Assembly: GCF_009914755.1 (NCBI RefSeq)
Contig: NC_060938.1
Origin: the human T2T-CHM13v2.0 reference genome, Homo sapiens
Strand: one strand, 5' to 3'
Length of the DNA stretch: 64,000 bases
The notes under the pieces: generated by a model
Database searches by the model: none
What the model was told of the DNA's origin: nothing
Seen by the model: only the letters and a program-made list of their open reading frames with translations
Position numbers and translations under genes: made by a program
In this document: one piece after another, positions 57,601-64,000 of the stretch
How positions within the stretch are numbered: the stretch's first letter is position 1
How the letters are laid out: each line of letters begins with the position of its first letter

Positions 57601-59100
57601 TTCACTCTTTTTCATTCTTCTGTTTCTCTCTGTCTCTCTCTCTTGCTGGGTATTTCAAACAACCTATCTTCCAGTTCAAAGATTCTTTCTTCTGCTTTAT
57701 CAAGACTGCTATTGAAGCTCTCTATTGTAATTTTTTATTTCATTTTTTGAATTATTCAGCTGTAGGATTTCTGTTTGGTTCTTTTTTATGATTTCTCTAT
57801 CTTTGTTGAATTTATCATTCTTATGAATTGTTTTGCTGATTTTGTTGAATTATCGCTAGGTTTTGTTTTTGTTTTTGTTTTTGTTTTATCTAATTGAGTT
57901 TCCTTAAGATCATTATTTTGCAATTTCTTTTCCAGGAGTTCATTGATTTCCTTTTCATTGGAGTCTGTTACTAGAGATGTATTCCTTTAGTGGTGTCATA
58001 TTTCCTTGCTTTTTTGTGTTTCTTGTGTCCCCATGTTGATCTGTGTGCCTAGTGGAACTTTTGCTTCTTTCAGACTTTCTGGGTGGTTTTGTAGAGACGC
58101 CTGTAGTTGGGCTTTAGTGTGTTGGTTGCAAAGGGTATGGTGACTTTCTGGACAGGTGCAATGGTGTAGTCTCCTTGCAGCTTTTTCAGTTGCATTCAAT
58201 GTCAGTAATAACTGTGAGTACCTCAGTGGCCTAATCCATAGAAGTTTGTGTCAGTGGTAGTAGTGGCATAGGCTGTTAATATCCTTGGTGTCAAGGGCTT
58301 TTAGAGTCCTCCTCTTCTTGTTTTCCACACAATAGGGAGAATCAGCTGAAGGGATCCCTCTTGGTGTTAGGTCTGACATGCCCTCCAAGCAGCTACAGTG
58401 GCACTGGGCTCAAAATATGGTGCTTGGAGTGACTGTGGAGCCAGGATCCAAGGCTCAGGGTCTTGTGAATCCATTGTGGCACCTGGTTCTTGGGGTTCAG
58501 GTTCACTCTCTGTGGCAGAGTTGGGTGTAGGTTATCCAAAGAACCAAGGTTTATGACTGAGGCACCCCCTAGCAGCTTGGACCCAGGTGCCCTGGTTGTA
58601 CCTGTGATTTTATACCTCATGGGTAGGGTGTAGTACTGACCAAACTCCAAAGAAAAAGGTTTTGGCCAGGGGAGCAGGGTATGGCCGCAGCTCAGGAACC
58701 AGAGCCAGTAGGGCTCAGCAGCAGCTCTGGTCACAGTGGATAAGGTACTGTGTAGTAGTGACCCTAGACCCCTGGATGGTGGGGCTACGCAGGTCCTCAC
58801 TTCAGACTCTGAGGCCAGGTGCAGAAGCAGCAGATACCTTAGAATGGCAGAGCGCAGCTGTGGTTTGATCCCCGGGGGGGCCAAGGATCAACACAGAAAT
58901 GACTCAACTCCCCAGAGAGGGGGGTATCTCAGCAGCTCAGACTCTAAGGGGCTATAGTCTAGCTCCAGAGAAGCAGGGTACTAGAGTTATTTGGCCTGTA
59001 GGTCAGGATATCTTGGCTCAATCAGCACTCTGTTTCCCTAGGACATGAGTGACTACATCAGCTCAGCCTGGGATGCGTAGGTGCTCAGCTTGGCAAAGTG
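54311..59100 (-). mobile_element. Old L1 (L1M/L1PB age), 5' region through the ORF2 RT domain
   Basis: RT remnant RQGCPLS...LFADNMILY (54873-55157), ORF1 remnant (57317-57583), GC-richer 5' UTR-like region at 58200-59100. Confidence 0.8.
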
Positions 59101-59129
59101 TGTGCAACATACTTTCTAAGCCTTGCCAT

Positions 59130-59610
59130 AACAGAGCAATATGTCTGGAAAAAGGATGATTAAAGAAGATTAGAAACTATCTCCAATGTCTGGATGGAGT
59201 TAAGGGAAACCAATAAAGGAATCTGCAGCACCCAGGAGCTAGCAACAGTGAGATTTCCTTACCACATCTTAGTCTGAAGGAGCAAAGAAAGACAATGGTA
59301 CCTGAACCTGGGAAGATTCATATCTGTGGGAGAGGACTGCCCAACAGCAGCTCTTGCTCTCAGTAGGAGAGATGCCCTAACCATCACCAAACTGCAGCCC
59401 AGGAGGAAAAGAGCAAGGGGAATGAAAACTCTACTTTTCTGTCTCTCTCCTACCCTCTACATCTCTTACTGACCCCTCCCTTTGGCTGAGTCTCACCAGA
59501 CGCCAAAGTGGTGGGAAACTGGTTAAAATAGTCCATAGAGGTCAGCTTCTGGACCACAGCACAGAGTAGAGAATGATGATGTGATCTGGAGAGGCAAACA
59601 GAAAATGAAA
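59130..59610 (-). mobile_element. Old ERVL-class LTR remnant (LTR33/LTR41-like)
   Basis: Motifs gctagcaacag...taccac and gtccatagaggtcagc...gatctggagaggcaaacagaa recalled from this class. Confidence 0.45.
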
Positions 59611-59833
59611 CAAATCTTTGTCTTTGTAAGGCTTATATTCTGTAATATATAATGCACTTAACATTGTACCTAGCATAGATTGTGGGTTCAATAAATATTA
59701 GTTATTGGTAGTATTGCTTACAGTAATAATATTATGGAGAGAAGATTTTTAAGACTTTTGTAATAAATTTCCTGTTTTACTTTGATTGTACTTTCAGTAG
59801 TAAGGTATTTTTTTTTCTTAACCATTCCCTAAG

Positions 59834-59835
<2 letters not shown>

Positions 59836-59874
<39 letters not shown>
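59836..59874. repeat. (GT)n microsatellite, about 19 units
   Basis: Seen directly. Confidence 0.95.
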
Positions 59875-59875
<1 letters not shown>

Positions 59876-60029
59876 TTTATTTTACTTTGTCTTATTTTGG
59901 TGGTTAAAATAACAACAATGACAAAACATACACACACATAACATTAAATATACCATCTTGACAGTTTTTAAGCTTATAGTTCAGTAGTGGTAAATATATT
60001 CACATTGTAGGGACTTAAGATTTTAAATA

Positions 60030-60348
60030 GAGTCATGAGTTACTTAATGAAGATATATTCTGAGAAATATGTTGTTGGGCAATTTTCTTGTTGTCCGACC
60101 ATCATAGAGTGTACTTACACAAACCTGCATGAGTAGCCCACTACACACCTAGCCTACATGGTGTGACCTGTAGCTCCGAGGCTACAAACCTGCACAGCAT
60201 ATTACAGTATTACTGAATACGTAAGCAATTATAATGGTATTTGTTTATCAAAACAAAAAGTACAGTAGAAAATATGGTAATCTTATAGGACCACCATCAT
60301 ATATGCAGTCCAACATTGAGCAAACTATCCTTATGCAGCACGTGACTA
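60030..60348 (-). mobile_element. Tigger3a-like MITE
   Basis: TA-flanked; reverse-complement similarity to 45820-46215. Confidence 0.78.
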
Positions 60349-61113
60349 TACTTATGAGGCAGACATCTTTAGAAAGGAATCTTTTGGCAGGGGGGATTAA
60401 TATTGTCTCAGGATTTTTTCTTAGGGAGAATTTGAAGCATTCATTTTCCAAACTCCAGTCTAAATCATTGCCCCTGACAAGTGACTTTCAGATCACTTCT
60501 CTATCAGATCAAATCTATCAGATGAATCTTACAGAAAAATGCTTTTCCTCATGTTGTAAGAAGTTAGCAGGGAAGGTTCTGTCTCTTATACCATCAATAT
60601 GAGAGCACAAACAATGAAAATCTTGTTTTTCATTTTCAAAAGTAATGTTTAACCTAGGTCATTACAGACACTGGAATCATTTTTAAATGATTTAATTATA
60701 TTTGCTCAACCTCTATTATTAATTGATAGGTGAGCTAATGTGTTTTAGAATATTTTCAAAGGCAATAATTAAAATATTTCTGGCTTGCCTTTATTTAACC
60801 AAAAAGTTTAGTTAATAAAGTACTGCATTTCTCAAACATTAGAACTTCAATAAGTTATGAAGATTTTTTTTTGTAATTGTTATTCACAATGTATGTCCTA
60901 GCAATTTTTTTACTTACAGACTCTCAAATCACTTTACATATATTAGGAAAATGTACATTATTTGAGAGGCAAAAGTGGCAAATGTAAATGGCAGTTCTTC
61001 AAAAGTAAAGCAGAGCACCAAGACACCGAATAGTCATTACCTTAAAGTACACATAAAATCAGCTTAAATGAACCTAAAGCCCCTTTAGTGTGAGTGCACC
61101 TGTTTGTGGATAG

Positions 61114-61560
<447 letters not shown>

Positions 61561-61688
61561 TAATCTTGAAAATCTGTTGTTACAGGAGGGGTTTCTATGA
61601 TCATTGCTGTTATAGCAGAATTTGAATCATATTTGACCCAAGCAGTTTCACATGCAAACAACGAAAGAAAGTACCTCAAGAAAGAAAT

Positions 61689-61753
61689 GCAGAGATATTA
61701 ATGGTTGACATACCTTCCAGAGCAGAGATATTAATGGTTGACATACCTTCCAG
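61689..61753 (+). repeat. Perfect 32-bp tandem duplication with period 33
   Basis: gcagagatattaatggttgacataccttccag at 61689-61720 and 61722-61753. Confidence 0.97.
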
Positions 61754-62981
61754 CTGAGAAATTTGCCATTGAGACTAGCTTCTGATAAAATGTCAAGGAG
61801 TTCATGAAATCAGAATTTACTAGAGAAGAATTTAACAAAGAGCACTTGGGCAAGTTCTTGAATATTACACTAAGCCAAGCATTTGAACCAAATGACCCTT
61901 TCACCTCTGGTTTTCTGTAAGTCTGGAAAAAGCTGTGCCACCAAATGACAGCCTGGAAATATTAAGTGTATGTCAGTTCTCCCTCCATTGCCTCAAGTAA
62001 AAGATGCTGGAATCTTTTTGGACCTAAGCAAGCCTTTATCTCACTGAAAATAGTGGCAGGTTATTGAAACCAGAGTATAAGCCAGTAATAAAAGTAGAAT
62101 AGATTCAACTGAGGTTTTAATAATCAGCTCTCTTACTTGTTTTATGAAGAAAGTAAAGATATATTTTAAAGCTGAGGTGAAAAATAAACATATATTCTCC
62201 CAAGCCGAGTAGATAGTAAAATTGGCCATGCCAAGAGACAGACACTTTCCCTGATCTGGAGATTTTCTTTTTAATCACCTTTCCATATGTAAGGCTTATA
62301 AAATTCAACCCTTGGCAAACAGATCACATTGCCTGCTGTTAAAACTGCCTAAGCAGATTTATTGGCATCAGGGAAGCCAGCAAAGCACTGAATTCCAGAA
62401 CACATACATCCACAGACTCTGCCAGATGACAAGACACAGTTCCAATGTCACAATATTATTCACAGCCCATAAATGTAAAATTGATTACTGCAATTAATGG
62501 ACAGAAATCTACTACCAGGCAAACTATAAGTCCTTTACTGAAATTTCTGCAAGTATTTGGTAACCTTGGCATGGTATTGAACCCATGATTCATGGGAAAA
62601 GAAGGAAGATATTACCTCCACACACGTTCACTTTATTAGGGTAGCCACCTACATATGTATATAAAAATATATAAACAAATTCTATATAATGTATTAGTTC
62701 AAATATTAAATCTTATAAACAAGATTTAATATTTGAATTGGTACATTTTTTAAAAGCATAAAAATTGGAGAAAAAAATTTTTTATTTATTGGCACCAAAC
62801 CTTCTAATTTTTCAGGAACCTGTGTTAGAAATTCAGTGTTTTCAAAGGGTGTAGCAAATAGTTTTCTTTTTGTCTATATTTGTATATATCCTGGGCCTAT
62901 CTGATGGTAAAAGTATCGGAGTAACTAAATTCTACTGCTCAGAAATTCTGTTTGAAATTACATGACCGGCTGTTATTATAG

Positions 62982-63040
62982 GGCACTGAAGAACTTGAAG
63001 TGCGAATTCTGGTGCAAGCTCGGCCAGGCCAAGATATCAG
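62982..63040 (+). CDS. GPHN: Gephyrin coding exon, 59 nt, phase 0-2: GTEELEVRILVQARPGQDI(R)
   Basis: Acceptor ttatag, donor CAG|gtaact; continues the gephyrin frame. Confidence 0.95.
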
Positions 63041-64000
63041 GTAACTTCAAAACACATAGAATATATAGCCTACTTTTGTTTCTACATGATCATTTACTCA
63101 GGAAACCCTGGCTACTATAAATCTGCAGCCATGTCAGTTAGCCATTAATTTTCAGGGCTTTAACAAAAAGCAAAATGAATGTTATGAATTCTGTATCACA
63201 TATCTGCCCTGCCTACTTTTTAATGAAGATGGTAAAGGCGAGTTAGTCAAAAGCAAGATGAGAAAGAGGTAAAGTCATGAGCCTACATATTCTACAGTTA
63301 ATTCTACTTCTAGATAATCCAGAATTACCCAATCCCATCCCTAAATAATCTGGAATTTGGTATCAACTCAGATAATACCAGAATTGGGTATTTACACAAT
63401 TAACTAATAGCATATGCTCTAGTGACTACCAATAATAATGGAATAATCTGTTCCTTGTTATATACAAAGATGAGGCTATTTGCTATGATAAATAGTGCAT
63501 ATACCTTAAATTATTTTTCTTAAAATGGAATATGTTTACCCTGATTCCATTAATACTAATTTGCTGAACATCCCTTTGTAACGAAGCTACACTTCTCCCA
63601 TCCCTATGGCAGCACACCAAGGTTAATGTACCTCAGTAGCCACAGATCAGGACCAACCTAAGTGGTCCATATGGAAATTACCTCTATGACTGTAGCCTCA
63701 TTAGCATTATTCTCCTTGACAAAGCTAGCCAGCTGTGGACCTCTTATCATTAATGCCGCTAGATATTGCCATACAAATTCTTGCCTTATCAAAGAAAGTT
63801 TACAATTGGTATTTTTACTATAATGTAACATAAAACAATTTGTAAAGTAATTTTATTCACAGGTACTCATGAAAAAAAATTTCAAATATGAAGTAACATG
63901 TTTTTCTTTAGCAGTAATACATTCAAATCCTATTTCTGTTTTCTGTTGTGTGATTTAACTTTTAAAATTAAAAAAGCATAGGATTTTTAGAATCCCTTCA

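Overview
Primate (human-like) intronic DNA from the middle of the gephyrin gene GPHN on the + strand. Five coding exons (9770-9907, 40106-40198, 51979-52034, 61261-61380, 62982-63040) splice in frame into the end of the linker and the N-terminal part of the MoeA-like E domain. The rest is mostly transposable elements: two long L1s in opposite orientations flanking the first exon, an LTR12 solo LTR nested in one of them, a near full-length Tigger1, several Tigger/MER MITEs, an MST LTR, older L1 fragments and about a dozen Alus. Best observations: (1) the antisense L1 carries an open, extended ORF0-like frame that runs through a phase-1 splice donor in frame with the next GPHN exon, predicting an L1-ORF0/gephyrin-E fusion; (2) about 500 bp downstream lies a non-TE inverted repeat with 349-bp arms that are ~96.6% identical and perfect over the inner 117 bp; (3) an inverted AluSp pair shares the same 12-nt linker expansion. 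Subfamily calls come from remembered consensus features, not from a search. No prokaryotic systems are present.
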